A stretch of DNA of 35,014 nucleotides from Candidatus Eiseniibacteriota bacterium. GTDB taxonomy: Bacteria > Eisenbacteria > RBG-16-71-46 > SZUA-252. Each line of letters opens with the position of its first letter. Positions within the stretch are counted from its first letter, which is position 1. The notes under the pieces are model-generated. The model had not been told where the DNA came from, searched no databases, and worked only from the letters and a program-made list of their open reading frames with translations. Shown here piece after piece: positions 25,740 to 35,014 of this stretch. The stretch is from positions 1 to 35,014 of the forward strand of contig JAEHDN010000033.1 of NCBI GenBank assembly GCA_016880395.1, given 5' to 3'. The translations under genes and the position numbers were made by a program.

Positions 25740-26966
25740 TCATTCGTACCGGAGGGAGTCCACCGGGTCGAGGCGCGCCGCTTTCACGGCGGGGTACATC
25801 CCGAAGAAGAGCCCGATCGACGTGGCGGACCCGAACGCGAGCAGGATGCCCCAGATCGGCACCGCGAACGTCAGCGGCGTCACGAGGTCGATCACCTTGC
25901 CCGCTCCGAGGCCCGCGAGGACGCCGATGATCCCGCCCACACCGGTGAGGGTCATGGCCTCCACGAGGAACTGCCAGAGGATGTCCCGCTCCCGGGCGCC
26001 GAGCGCCTTGCGGACGCCGATCTCGCGCGTCCGCTCGGTCACCGAGACCAGCATGATGTTCATCACGCCGATCCCGCCGACCATGAGGCCGATGGACGAG
26101 ATGACCACCATCACCAGGTAGAAGGCACCGGTGATCTGCCCGTAGAGATCGACCAGGGACTTGTCGGTGAAGACGGCGAAGTTGTCCCCCTGGTCGTACC
26201 GGACCCGGCGCTGGCGGCGGAGCACATCCGCGATCTGCTCGCGCGCCACGTCGATCAGCTCCGGCGACGCGGGCTTCGCGTTCAGTACCATGGGCAGATT
26301 CGGCCCGAAGAGCTTCTCCAGGGTGGTGTAGGGGACGAGCACGATCTCGTCCATGCTCATCCCGAGGAAATGGCCGCGGGGCTCCGCCTGGCCGATCACG
26401 GTGAAGGGCTGACCGCCGATCGTGATCGTCTTCCCCACGGGGTTGACGTGCGGGAAGAGCGTCTCCACGTGGTCCATGCCGAGCACGCACACCGCCGAGC
26501 GGTGCTCCACCTCCGCCTCCGTGAACCCGCGTCCGTTGTCCACGGCGTAGTTGTTCGTCACCATGTAGTCGGGCGAGGTGCCGATGACGAAGTTCGGGCG
26601 GGTCTGGATCTCCCCGTACCGGAGCCGGAGCTCCGCGAAGTTGAGCGGGGCGACCGCGAGCACCGCCGGGGCCGCGCGGCGGATCGCCTCCGCGTCCTCC
26701 GGCTCGAACCCCTTCCGCCGGCGGAGGCTGTCGGGCATCTCGCCCACCCAGGCCCCGGGGGCGAACGGGCGGATGTAGAGGACGTCGGTCCCGAGGGACG
26801 CGAGCTGCGCCTTCATGCTCTGGTTCAGCCCCTCGATGATCGAGATCATGGCCATGATGGCCGTGATCCCGATGATCACGCCGAGCACGGTCAGGAAGGA
26901 GCGGAGCTTGTTCTCCCGGAGCGCCTGGAACGCGATGGTGACGCCTTCGCGGACGGGGATGGCCAT
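25740..26966 (-). CDS. ABC transporter permease, MacB/FtsX type (permease 2)
   Basis: 408 aa. It has an N-terminal TM, a large periplasmic domain and a C-terminal FtsX 3-TM bundle with [15 protein letters not shown]. It is paralogous to the adjacent permease. Confidence 0.85.
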   Translation of the reverse strand: MAIPVREGVTIAFQALRENKLRSFLTVLGVIIGITAIMAMISIIEGLNQSMKAQLASLGTDVLYIRPFAPGAWVGEMPDSLRRRKGFEPEDAEAIRRAAPAVLAVAPLNFAELRLRYGEIQTRPNFVIGTSPDYMVTNNYAVDNGRGFTEAEVEHRSAVCVLGMDHVETLFPHVNPVGKTITIGGQPFTVIGQAEPRGHFLGMSMDEIVLVPYTTLEKLFGPNLPMVLNAKPASPELIDVAREQIADVLRRQRRVRYDQGDNFAVFTDKSLVDLYGQITGAFYLVMVVISSIGLMVGGIGVMNIMLVSVTERTREIGVRKALGARERDILWQFLVEAMTLTGVGGIIGVLAGLGAGKVIDLVTPLTFAVPIWGILLAFGSATSIGLFFGMYPAVKAARLDPVDSLRYE

Positions 26967-26969
26967 CGG

Positions 26970-28223
26970 CTACTCGTGCCGCAGCGCGACGATCGGATCG
27001 AGCCGCGCCGCGCGCGTGGCGGGATAGACGCCGAAGAAGAGTCCAACCGCCGAGGCCACGCCCAGGCTGATGGCGACCGACCAGGGCTGGATGGTCGCCG
27101 GCAGCGGGGTGATCGTGCGGATCAGGAGCGCGATCGCGACGCCCGCCACGACCCCGAGCGCGCCGCCGAAGAGAGCCAGCACGACCGCCTCGCTCAGGAA
27201 CTGCGACACGAGGTCCGACCGGCGCGCCCCCACCGCCTTGCGGATGCCGATCTCACGGGTCCGCTCGGTGACCGCCACCAGCATGATGTTCATGATCACG
27301 ATGCCCCCGACCACGAGCGAGATCGCGACGAGGCCGATCGTTCCCGCGAAGATCCCTCCGGTCAGGGTCTGGTACAGGGCGAGGTAGGTTTCGGCGGTGG
27401 AGATCGCGAAGTCGTCCGGAGCGCCGAGCGGAACGTGGCGCGCCGATCGAAGCACCACCCTGGCCTCGTCCTCGAGCCGGTCCAGCGTCACGCCGGAGGC
27501 CGCGCTCACGATCAGGGTGAGCGATCGATGGCCGCCGTACATCTTCTGGAACTGTCCGAGCGGCACGACCACGAGGTTGTCCTGGCTCTGGCCGAGCACG
27601 TTCCCGCGGGCCGCGAGCGTGCCAACCACGAGCAGCTCGTAGCCCGACACCTTGATCGACTGGCCGATGGGGTCGAGCCGCGGGAAGAGCGCCTCCGCCA
27701 CCTCGGATCCGATCACGCAGACCGGCCGCCGGCGGTCGAAGTCCATCTCCTCGAGCTCGCGCCCCTGATCGGTCTCGTACTTCCCGACCGATGGGTAACC
27801 CTCGGTGGTCCCCAGGATGCGAACGTTCTTGAGCTCCGTGCCCCGGTGGCGGACCGATTTGTTGGCCTCCGCCTGCGCCACCACCCGGTCCGCGAGGCGC
27901 ATGCGGGACGCCAGGGCATCCGCCTCGAAGGCCGTCAGGTCCCGGCGACGGGATGCTTCCCGGAACGCATCGTCGTCGGTGATGAGGCCGAACTTGTCGA
28001 TGTAGATGACGCCCAGACCCTGGTCCAGGATCCGCTCGGAGACGTACTTGTTGACCCCGTCGATGATCGAGACGACGGCGATCACCGACATGACCGCGAC
28101 GACGTTGCCGATCACGGTCAGCACGGTGCGGAGCTTGTGGGCGCGGAGCGCCCCGACCGCGATGGAGAGGTTTTCCGCCAGCGCGACCAGGGCGTCGCGT
28201 CGGGGCCGGCGGACCGCGGTCAC
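26970..28223 (-). CDS. ABC transporter permease, MacB/FtsX type (permease 1)
   Basis: 417 aa with the same architecture as permease 2, including [15 protein letters not shown]. Its start overlaps the ATPase gene stop by 4 nt. Confidence 0.85.
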   Translation of the reverse strand: MTAVRRPRRDALVALAENLSIAVGALRAHKLRTVLTVIGNVVAVMSVIAVVSIIDGVNKYVSERILDQGLGVIYIDKFGLITDDDAFREASRRRDLTAFEADALASRMRLADRVVAQAEANKSVRHRGTELKNVRILGTTEGYPSVGKYETDQGRELEEMDFDRRRPVCVIGSEVAEALFPRLDPIGQSIKVSGYELLVVGTLAARGNVLGQSQDNLVVVPLGQFQKMYGGHRSLTLIVSAASGVTLDRLEDEARVVLRSARHVPLGAPDDFAISTAETYLALYQTLTGGIFAGTIGLVAISLVVGGIVIMNIMLVAVTERTREIGIRKAVGARRSDLVSQFLSEAVVLALFGGALGVVAGVAIALLIRTITPLPATIQPWSVAISLGVASAVGLFFGVYPATRAARLDPIVALRHE

Positions 28224-28948
28224 GGGTTCGGCGGCGCGGCGGGCTGGACGGAGCGGTCGCTCTCGATCTTGCCGTCCCGGAGCCGGATGATCCGGCGGGC
28301 CCGCGCGGCCACGTCCTCCTCGTGGGTGACCAGGATGACCGTGTTCCCCTTCGCGTGGATCTCATCCATGAGGGTGAGGATCTCGATCCCGGTGCGCGAG
28401 TCGAGGTTCCCGGTGGGCTCGTCCGCGAGGACGAGCGAGGGGTTGTTGACGAGCGCCCGCGCGATCGCGACGCGCTGGCGCTGGCCGCCGGAGAGCTCGT
28501 TGGGGCGATGGTGCGTGCGATCGCCGAGGCCCACCATCGCCAGCATCTCCTTGGCGCGCTCGCGGCGCTCCGCGGATGGCTTGCCCGAGTAGATGAGGGG
28601 CAGCTCGACGTTGTGAAGGGCGTCGGCGCGGGGGAGCAGATTGAAGGTCTGGAAGACGAACCCGATCTCCTGGTTCCGGATCCGCGCCAGCTCGTCGTCG
28701 TCCCGCTCCCGGATCTCCGTTCCCCGGAGCTTGTACGATCCGCTCGTCGGCGTGTCGAGACAGCCGACGATGTTCATCAGCGTCGACTTGCCCGACCCGG
28801 ACGGCCCCATGACGGCGACGTACTCCCCGACGTGGATCCGGAGCGTGACCCCGTCCAGGGCGTTCACCTCGGTCGTGCCCATCTCGTAGATCTTGCGCAC
28901 ATCGGTGATATCGATGAGAACGCCGTGCTCGGCGCCATTCGCGCTCAC
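28220..28948 (-). CDS. ABC transporter ATP-binding protein (MacB/LolD-type)
   Basis: 242 aa with Walker [10 protein letters not shown], signature [15 protein letters not shown] and Walker [13 protein letters not shown]. Confidence 0.92.
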   Translation of the reverse strand: MSANGAEHGVLIDITDVRKIYEMGTTEVNALDGVTLRIHVGEYVAVMGPSGSGKSTLMNIVGCLDTPTSGSYKLRGTEIRERDDDELARIRNQEIGFVFQTFNLLPRADALHNVELPLIYSGKPSAERRERAKEMLAMVGLGDRTHHRPNELSGGQRQRVAIARALVNNPSLVLADEPTGNLDSRTGIEILTLMDEIHAKGNTVILVTHEEDVAARARRIIRLRDGKIESDRSVQPAAPPNP

Positions 28949-30234
28949 TGCCGCTCCTTTCCCTTCGCCTTCTTCGGCTCTTCGATCTTGATGCGCTGCC
29001 CGGGACGGAGCGTGCGCAGGGTCTTGTGCGGTCCGATCACGACCTTCTCCCCGGGCTTGATCTCCCCGGTCACCTCGAAGTCGGTGTCACTGGCGATGCC
29101 GGTCTTGACGCGCCGGAACTCCGCCTTGCCCGCCGCGATCACGAACACGCCGCGGATCTCCTCCGGGCGTGCGCGCTCGCCCGACGGCTTGACCGCCGGG
29201 TCGGCCTGGGCCCCGCCACGCTTGCGCTTCCCCTTCTCGGGCGGCTTGAGATCGTCCGGCGTTCGGATCACCACGGACTGGATCGGCACCGCGAGCACGC
29301 TGTCCTTGCGCGCGGTGCGGATCTCGACGTCCGCGGTCATGCCGGGGCGGAGCGTCGGCGGAGGCCGGTCGATGGTGACGTCGACCTTGAAGTTGGTCTG
29401 CTGCTCCTGGGTCTCGGCTCCCGAGATGATGGGTGAGTTGGCGATCTGGGTCACGTGCCCGATGAGCGTGGTATCCGGGAGCGCGTCCACCTTGACCGTC
29501 GCCTCCTGCCCGAAACGCACCGTGGCCACGTCCGTCTCATCCACGTCGGCCTCGACCTTCATGCGACTCAGGTCCGCCACCGTGAGGAGGACCGTGCCGG
29601 GGTTGTTCATGGTTCCGATCACCGCGATCTCGCCCCGCTCGATGGTGAGCTGCGTCACGATGCCGTTGATCGGCGAGATGAAGCGCGTCTTCCGCAGATT
29701 GTCGTGGGCGGCCCGCAAGGTGGACTCGAGCCGCCGGACGTCCTCGCGCCCCGCCTCGACGCGCGCCCGGTCCGTGCTCGCGTTGGTGCGGGCCTGATCC
29801 AGCTCCTCCGGCGAGACGAGGTTCTGCGTGAAGAGGGATTCCTTCCGCTTGAGGAGCGACTCCGAGTGAGAGAGGGACGCCTCGGCGAGCTTCAGGTTCG
29901 AGCGCGCGGCCGCGAGCGCCGCGCTCGCCTCGCCCACCTGGGCCCGGTACTGTGCGTCGTCGATCTGGAGCAGGAACTGCCCCTTCCGCACCGGATCCCC
30001 CTCGTGGATGGGGAGCTGACGCACCTCGCCCGGCACGTTGGCGCTCAGCTTGACCTGGGTCTCGGGCTGCACGCGCCCGGGGGCTCGCACGGTGGCGGTG
30101 ACCGTCCCCCGGCGCACGTCCCCGGACTGGACGCCCGTCGTCCCGCCCGCCGAGCGCTTCAGATTCGCCACGACGATCGCCAGGAGCAGGATCGCCCCCA
30201 CGACGATCCAGATGATCCGCTTCCGGCCGGTCAT
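28945..30234 (-). CDS. efflux transporter periplasmic adaptor (HlyD/MacA membrane-fusion family)
   Basis: 429 aa with an N-terminal TM anchor, a coiled-coil hairpin region, and beta-barrel/lipoyl-like segments typical of MFPs. It overlaps the ATPase gene by 4 nt. Confidence 0.85.
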   Translation of the reverse strand: MTGRKRIIWIVVGAILLLAIVVANLKRSAGGTTGVQSGDVRRGTVTATVRAPGRVQPETQVKLSANVPGEVRQLPIHEGDPVRKGQFLLQIDDAQYRAQVGEASAALAAARSNLKLAEASLSHSESLLKRKESLFTQNLVSPEELDQARTNASTDRARVEAGREDVRRLESTLRAAHDNLRKTRFISPINGIVTQLTIERGEIAVIGTMNNPGTVLLTVADLSRMKVEADVDETDVATVRFGQEATVKVDALPDTTLIGHVTQIANSPIISGAETQEQQTNFKVDVTIDRPPPTLRPGMTADVEIRTARKDSVLAVPIQSVVIRTPDDLKPPEKGKRKRGGAQADPAVKPSGERARPEEIRGVFVIAAGKAEFRRVKTGIASDTDFEVTGEIKPGEKVVIGPHKTLRTLRPGQRIKIEEPKKAKGKERQ

Positions 30235-30259
30235 TCCTCGCGTCTCCTTCGCCCGAGGG

Positions 30260-31732
30260 CTAGTAGCGCTTCACGCCCATCGCGAACTCCAGCCCAGCTT
30301 CCGCGATCCGGGCGTCCGCCACAGCCTCGATCAGGCGCTCGCGCGCGTTGGCCAGGTCCACCTCGGCCGTCAGCAGGTCGAGATAGGTGCCCGCGCCGAG
30401 ATCGTAGCGGCCCTTCGAGAACTTGTAGTCCTCCTCCGAGGAGACCAGCCCCTCGCGGGCCACGTCGATCCGCTGGACCGCCTCGCGCAGCGTCAGCCAG
30501 GCCTCCTGCACCTCGACCGCCACATCCAGCTCGCGCTGGCGGCGCTGGGATTCCGCCTCGAGGAGCGCCCCCTTCGCCCGGCGAACGTCTCCCTCGGTCT
30601 GGAGGCCGGTGAAGATGGGGAGCGAGAGCTTGACGTTCCCCTGCCATTCCGTGGTGTACCGCGTCGTGTCCAGGCTCGCGGGCGGATTCGGCACCCCGAC
30701 GAGGTCCTCGATTTTCTCATCGAGCTTCGTCCGCTGCACGCCGAAGGAGCCCGAGACCACGGGGAGCCGCTGCGACCGGGCGCCGAACACCCCGGAGTGC
30801 GCGGCCCGCTCCACCGCTCGCGCGCTCTCCATGAGCGGACGCGTGGTGACGGCCTGACGGATCGCGTCCGAGGAGTCGGGCACCACGACCTGGTCGTTGA
30901 GCACCGGGTCGGGAACCATGCGCGAGGCCGGATCGACCCCGACGATCTGCGCGAGCCGGGCGGACTGGACGAGCACCTGGTTGTCGGCGCGAATCCGGTC
31001 CACCTGCGTGGTCGCTCGGCGCGCGCGCGCCTTGAGGAGATCGCCGCGCGCCACGGTGCCCACCTGGAGGAGCGCCTCCGAGCGCGTCTCCTCGTCGTGC
31101 GCGAGCTTGTCGGTCTCCTGGGCCACCTGCGCCAGCCGGATCGCCTTGAGGAGGTTGAAGTACTGCTGCTTCACCCGGTAGACGACTTCGTTCCGCGTCT
31201 CCTGCTCGTCGTGCTCCGAACCCTTCCGGAGATGGTCGAGCTGCTGCTTGCGCCCGATGGCCGGGCCGCTCAGGATGTTGGACGTCACGTCCGCGCGGAT
31301 CGCCCCGATCTTCTCCTCCGTCGCCAAGCCGGTCGCGAAGAAGGTGTCGACCTGGGCACCCCGGAAGGAGCTGGTCTTGTCGGGGATGACGTACGTGTAG
31401 GAGGCCTCCGTCCCCAGCGAGGGAATGATACCGCTCCAGGCGGAGAGGGCGGAGCCGCTCGCCTGGTGGCGCCTCGCCTCCGCGATGCGGATGTCGGAGT
31501 TCCGCTGGAGGGCCGTCTGGATGCAGCGGGCCAGGGTCCAGCGCTCCCCCTCGACCGTGATCGGCGAGACCAGGAGACTCTCGACCGGAGTCGTGGGGGT
31601 GAAGCGGATCGTGTCGCCGGCAGCCGCGGCGGGCGGCGGCACGGTCGCGGGCGGAGCCTGCGCCCCCGACGGGGCGGGCGCCAGAGTCGCCAGGAGGGCA
31701 AGGATCAGCGTCCATCTGTGTTCCCGGTTCAT
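30260..31732 (-). CDS. TolC family outer membrane efflux protein
   Basis: ATG 31730-31732, preceded by GGGAGAA, gives MNREHRWTLILALLATLAPAPSGAQA (signal peptide). Two repeated alpha/beta halves have TolC-like motifs (LTLARCIQTALQRNSDI; DYKFSKGRYDLGAGTYLDLL). The track extension to 31834 overlaps the Yip1 gene. Confidence 0.85.
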   Translation of the reverse strand: MNREHRWTLILALLATLAPAPSGAQAPPATVPPPAAAAGDTIRFTPTTPVESLLVSPITVEGERWTLARCIQTALQRNSDIRIAEARRHQASGSALSAWSGIIPSLGTEASYTYVIPDKTSSFRGAQVDTFFATGLATEEKIGAIRADVTSNILSGPAIGRKQQLDHLRKGSEHDEQETRNEVVYRVKQQYFNLLKAIRLAQVAQETDKLAHDEETRSEALLQVGTVARGDLLKARARRATTQVDRIRADNQVLVQSARLAQIVGVDPASRMVPDPVLNDQVVVPDSSDAIRQAVTTRPLMESARAVERAAHSGVFGARSQRLPVVSGSFGVQRTKLDEKIEDLVGVPNPPASLDTTRYTTEWQGNVKLSLPIFTGLQTEGDVRRAKGALLEAESQRRQRELDVAVEVQEAWLTLREAVQRIDVAREGLVSSEEDYKFSKGRYDLGAGTYLDLLTAEVDLANARERLIEAVADARIAEAGLEFAMGVKRY

Positions 31733-31830
31733 CCCGTTCTCCCTAGAATGCGGTTCGAGGCGGAGGGCAGTTGGGCCCTTGACCCTATACATACGCCGGT
31801 CGGAAGCCGTTGGTTTCCCGCCGGTTCGCG

Positions 31831-32523
31831 TCAACGCATGCCAGCGAGGAGCACGCTGAGCAGGAATCCCGGCAGGATGGCCAGGACCCCGAATCGGTAT
31901 CCCTTCCTCGCGTAGACGGCGATTCCGAGCGCCGCGATACCCGTGCTCCAGAGGACGAAGGGGTCCGTGGCCGCGTCCAGCATCCGCCCGAGAGGCCCAA
32001 GCTCGTCCCCGAGGAAGTTTCCGAGCCCGAGCCGGATGTCCAGCGTCCCCTTGTTCGAGGCGATGGCCGTCCGGATCGTCTGATCGATGAGGCCGATGGT
32101 AGCGCCATGGGCCTGGGCCGAGAGGTAGTGCCGGTAGGTGAGGCCGGCTCCCATCATGAGGTTGCCCATGAAGAACGCGATCCCCGCCCCCAGGAGGAGG
32201 ATGAACGCGATCGTCACCGCGCCACCGATCCCGATGACGGCCGGCGCCGCGGGAGACTCGAAGAACTGCTGCATGTGCTCGATCTGCTCGGGGGGCGTTC
32301 CCTTCGCCTCCGCCTTCGCGACCGCGTCGTTCACCACGGCGCCCGACTGGAGGACGATCAGCGAGAAGGCGATCTGCGCCAGGGCGAGAATGAGCACGGG
32401 CGCCCAGTAGCGGGGACGCGGCCGCATCCCTTCGAAGGTCTCGCGCGGCCGGACGAAGACGCCGGCCATCGCGCCCAGGGGAGACGGGACGGGCGGCTCG
32501 GTTACGGACATCACCTCGGCCAT
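31831..32523 (-). CDS. Yip1-family integral membrane protein
   Basis: 230 aa. An N-terminal GVFVRPRETFEGM segment is followed by 5 hydrophobic helices, the layout typical of YIP1/DUF1282 proteins. The family call is tentative. Confidence 0.55.
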   Translation of the reverse strand: MAEVMSVTEPPVPSPLGAMAGVFVRPRETFEGMRPRPRYWAPVLILALAQIAFSLIVLQSGAVVNDAVAKAEAKGTPPEQIEHMQQFFESPAAPAVIGIGGAVTIAFILLLGAGIAFFMGNLMMGAGLTYRHYLSAQAHGATIGLIDQTIRTAIASNKGTLDIRLGLGNFLGDELGPLGRMLDAATDPFVLWSTGIAALGIAVYARKGYRFGVLAILPGFLLSVLLAGMR

Positions 32524-32524
32524 G

Positions 32525-33238
32525 TCACTTCCTCCCGGAGTCCAGGACGCGTTCCAGATGGAACAGGAACGGGATCGCCACCGTGCACGGCACGGCTTTG
32601 TCCTTCTGGCGTCCCGGCTCGAACTCGAACTGGTAGATCGCGTCCACGGCCGCGCGGATCAGGACCTCGGGCGCATCTGCGCGCGCCACCCAGGCACGTG
32701 AGATCCTCCCACGCTCGTCGAGGTTGACGTGCAGGATCACGGTTCCCTCGAGACCCTGACTCCTCGCCTCCTGGGGATAGACGGGCTCCACACGCCGGAT
32801 CACCCGGGGCGCGACGTCGTAGGCGTAGAAGACCGGCGGCGCGTCGCCGTCCCCGGTTCCCCGGCCTCCTCCCACACCCCCGCCTCCGCCTATCGCGCTG
32901 GCCCCGGCCGCGGCCGTCAGCGCCGCGGGTGTGGTCTCGACCCGAGCGGCGGACTCCATCTGGACCGGCCCCCCATCCGCTGCCGAGGGCGCCGCCGAGA
33001 CGCGGCTGTCGGCGTCCGGCGCCTTGGATCCCGGCGAGCCCGGCCATGGCTCCCGGCTCCTCCAGGGACGCACATCCACCATCCGGATCCAGTCGCGCTC
33101 CGTGCGAGCCGGGGCGGCCGTATACGCCGGGACGACCGCGAAGAGAATCGCGTGAACGACCACCGCGGCCGCGAGCGCCCGGCGCAGATTGCGCCGGTAG
33201 CGGGCCTGGGATGGATGCCGATGGTCGAGTGCGCTCAT
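32525..33238 (-). CDS. tonB: energy transducer TonB
   Basis: 237 aa with an N-terminal anchor (LAAAVVVHAILFAVV), a Pro/Gly/Ala-rich linker and a C-terminal TonB domain (VEPVYPQEARSQGLEGTVILHVNLDERGRI). Confidence 0.8.
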   Translation of the reverse strand: MSALDHRHPSQARYRRNLRRALAAAVVVHAILFAVVPAYTAAPARTERDWIRMVDVRPWRSREPWPGSPGSKAPDADSRVSAAPSAADGGPVQMESAARVETTPAALTAAAGASAIGGGGGVGGGRGTGDGDAPPVFYAYDVAPRVIRRVEPVYPQEARSQGLEGTVILHVNLDERGRISRAWVARADAPEVLIRAAVDAIYQFEFEPGRQKDKAVPCTVAIPFLFHLERVLDSGRK

Positions 33239-33645
33239 CCTCGCCTCCGGCGATCCACCGCGAGCGAGACGCGAGGGGCGCGCGCCGCCTCGAGCTGATC
33301 GATCAGCGCGGCGACCTCGGTGAAAGGCGCAGCCGCGTCTGCGTGGAGCGAGATCGCGAGCGCCGGGTTCGCGCGGAGCTTCTCCGCCAGGATCGCGCCC
33401 ACCTGGGCTGGATCGACCCGCGCGTCGTTGAGCGCGACATCCCCGTTCGGCCCGAGGGACACGCGGATGGCCGACTCGCGACCGAGTGGCACACCCGACG
33501 TGGCGCCGGGAAGGCGCACTCCGAGCGGCTCCTGCGACCCGATGAAGGTCGTGCTCAGGAAGAAGATGAGGAGCAGCATCGCGATGTCCGCCATGGACGC
33601 GGTCGGGATTACCGACTGGGTGTGGACGCGGCGGCGGATCCTCAC
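33235..33645 (-). CDS. exbD: biopolymer transporter ExbD/TolR (copy 2)
   Basis: GTG 33643-33645 overlaps the upstream stop (GTGA). The sequence contains ..SMADIAMLLLIFFLSTTFI.., the ExbD TM motif. The 288-aa track ORF is an overextension. Confidence 0.85.
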   Translation of the reverse strand: MRIRRRVHTQSVIPTASMADIAMLLLIFFLSTTFIGSQEPLGVRLPGATSGVPLGRESAIRVSLGPNGDVALNDARVDPAQVGAILAEKLRANPALAISLHADAAAPFTEVAALIDQLEAARAPRVSLAVDRRRRG

Positions 33646-34049
33646 GACGGGGCTCCGCTCTTCAGCGTGATGTCGCGCACCCCGGCGAGCTTCACCTGAT
33701 CGAGCGCCTCGACCAGCGCGGCATAGGAAGCCGCCGGGTCGACGGTGAGCTGCACGATGAGCCCAGGCTCCGCGCGCCGTCGCGCGACGAGTGCGTTCCG
33801 AAGCCCTGTGGGCGGGAGCACAGCGCCGTCGAGAACCACATGATGCTCCGCGTCCACGAGGATCCGCGCGATCCGCTCCGGCCGGACGAGGCGCTGGGGC
33901 GCACCGGGCACCGGGAGTCCGAGCACGATGCCCCGCTCGGCGGTGAAGATCGCCGTCGAGAGGAAGAAGATGAGGAGCAGGAACGACACGTCGGCCGTGG
34001 ACACGAGCGGGATCTCGGGGTGAGGCTGTCGCCTGCGGAGCGGCTTCAT
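33642..34049 (-). CDS. exbD: biopolymer transporter ExbD/TolR (copy 1)
   Basis: 135 aa starting MKPLRRRQPHPEIPLVSTADVSFLLLIFFLSTAIF. An ATGA overlap joins it to exbB. Confidence 0.85.
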   Translation of the reverse strand: MKPLRRRQPHPEIPLVSTADVSFLLLIFFLSTAIFTAERGIVLGLPVPGAPQRLVRPERIARILVDAEHHVVLDGAVLPPTGLRNALVARRRAEPGLIVQLTVDPAASYAALVEALDQVKLAGVRDITLKSGAPS

Positions 34050-34834
34050 CGAGTCGACGTGGCCGACGGTCCCCGGAGCGGCGACACGAAGGGCTGCGCA
34101 TCGCCGTCGTGCGTCGTCAGCACGTCGATCAGCTCCGCCCCCGACTCCTCCATGTCGATCACGAACTTGTCGATCCGGGACACGAAGTAGTTGTGCGCGG
34201 TCTGCACCGGGATGGCGACCATCAGCCCCGCCGCGGTGGTGATGAGCGCCTCGTAGATCCCGGTGGCCACCAGCTTCGCGGACACGTCCTCGGCCGCGGC
34301 GATGGCCTCGAAGGCGTGGATCATTCCCGAGACCGTGCCGAGGAATCCGAGAAGCGGGGCGATGTTCGCGACCGTGGCGAGCCAGATGAGCCCGCGCTCG
34401 AGCTGCGCGGTCTCGATGGAGGCCGCGGTCGTGATGGCCTTCTCCACCGCCTCGGGCCCCTTGCGCGCTCTCGCGAGCCCCGAGTGGAGGACCGCCGCGA
34501 TCGGACCGCGTCGTCCATGAAGGAATCGCTCGGCGCCCTCGAGCCCCTGTTCCTGGAGCACGCGGATCAGCTCGTTCATGAGCCGTCCCGTGTCCGTGCG
34601 AGCCTTGGCGAAGAACGTGAACCGCTCGATGATGATCGCGAGCCCGACGATCGAGCAGACGAGGATCGGGTGCATGAAGATCCCACCCGTCCAGTAGAGG
34701 TCGATCAGCTCCGACTGGCGTCCGGGTCCCGAGAGGGGCTCGGCCCAGGCGGGGGCGGCCGCCAGGACTGCGGGGAGGACCTCCACGAAACGTCGGAACA
34801 CGTTACGGAATCGCAGCTTGGACGGAAGCGACAT
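34046..34834 (-). CDS. exbB: MotA/TolQ/ExbB proton channel family protein
   Basis: 262 aa with the conserved C-terminal helices ..LATVANIAPLLGFLGTVSGMIHAF.. and ..GIYEALITTAAGLMVAIP.. Confidence 0.9.
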   Translation of the reverse strand: MSLPSKLRFRNVFRRFVEVLPAVLAAAPAWAEPLSGPGRQSELIDLYWTGGIFMHPILVCSIVGLAIIIERFTFFAKARTDTGRLMNELIRVLQEQGLEGAERFLHGRRGPIAAVLHSGLARARKGPEAVEKAITTAASIETAQLERGLIWLATVANIAPLLGFLGTVSGMIHAFEAIAAAEDVSAKLVATGIYEALITTAAGLMVAIPVQTAHNYFVSRIDKFVIDMEESGAELIDVLTTHDGDAQPFVSPLRGPSATSTR

Positions 34835-34843
34835 GGAGCGAAG

Positions 34844-34872
34844 AGCCTAGGCCCGGGACCGCGGACTGTCAA
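34844..34872 (-). promoter_or_regulatory. candidate sigma70-type promoter for the exbB-exbD-exbD-tonB operon
   Basis: The minus strand reads TTGACA (34867-34872), a 17-nt spacer, then TAGGCT (34844-34849). Only 9 nt (cttcgctcc, no SD) separate the -10 element from the exbB ATG. Confidence 0.45.
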
Positions 34873-34958
34873 GACCGCAGCGCCGGGGTGTGACTGCTAC
34901 ATAGAAATGTCCTCCCCCAGCTGCTCTGTGAAAATGTCCCCCCATGGGGACAATCACG

Positions 34959-35014
34959 ATGAGCGTCAAAGAGGCTCAGCGGCCGGGCCTGATAAGGGCC
35001 GCACGGGATGGGAA
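34959..35014 (+). CDS. 5' fragment of a + strand ORF; the N-terminus resembles the HTH leader of some IS transposases (very tentative)
   Basis: ATG 34959-34961 gives MSVKEAQRPGLIRAARDG and then runs off the window. It is preceded by a GC-poor stretch with the repeated motif AAATGTCC(T/C)CCCC and the palindrome TGTCCCC-CCAT-GGGGACA. Confidence 0.3.
   Translation, partial: MSVKEAQRPGLIRAARDG

Noticed and set aside
31733-31830. A possible promoter or hairpin lies in the Yip1-TolC spacer.
   Set aside because: Only weak partial complementarity (CCGGCGGGAA / TTCCGACCGG) is present, and no acceptable -35/-10 pair was found. There is not enough evidence to call a feature.

Overview
This is a very GC-rich bacterial chromosomal segment. 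The lineage cannot be proven from sequence alone. The gene content (PorV-like OMP, ExbB-ExbD-ExbD-TonB, split MacB-type pump with TolC, bS22-like micro-ORF) resembles Gemmatimonadota/FCB-type Gram-negatives. Apart from truncated + strand ORFs at the two window edges, every gene between 226 and 34834 (about 34 CDS) is on the minus strand, and many are joined by 4-nt start/stop overlaps. Most content is housekeeping: tandem GlgC/GlgD-like ADP-glucose pyrophosphorylase genes, PorV-like OMP, PilZ protein, RNase R, HU, SppA, GpmI, glycine cleavage operon gcvT-H-PA-PB, UvrA, a TolC/MFP/ATPase/2-permease pump, and Yip1-TonB-ExbD-ExbD-ExbB. No rRNA, tRNA or CRISPR array was seen. The most interesting part is an uncharacterised, translationally coupled block of eight ORFs (11189-18432) between gcvPB and an LplA-type ligase gene. 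It encodes a GlmL/MutL-like ASKHA ATPase with no B12 mutase partner, a hybrid-barrel/KOW protein, two small membrane-associated proteins, and a four-subunit membrane module. Secondary observations are listed here:
- an unannotated 31-aa bS22-like ORF
- a terminator-like hairpin butted against the rnr start codon
- a ~530-nt gene-free, GC-depressed spacer with promoter and terminator motifs (candidate sRNA or long leader)
- two genes whose conserved N-termini are only reachable from SD-preceded CTG codons
- a probably leaderless exbB
- a possible IS end at the right edge

All functional calls come from reading motifs by eye; no database search was run.
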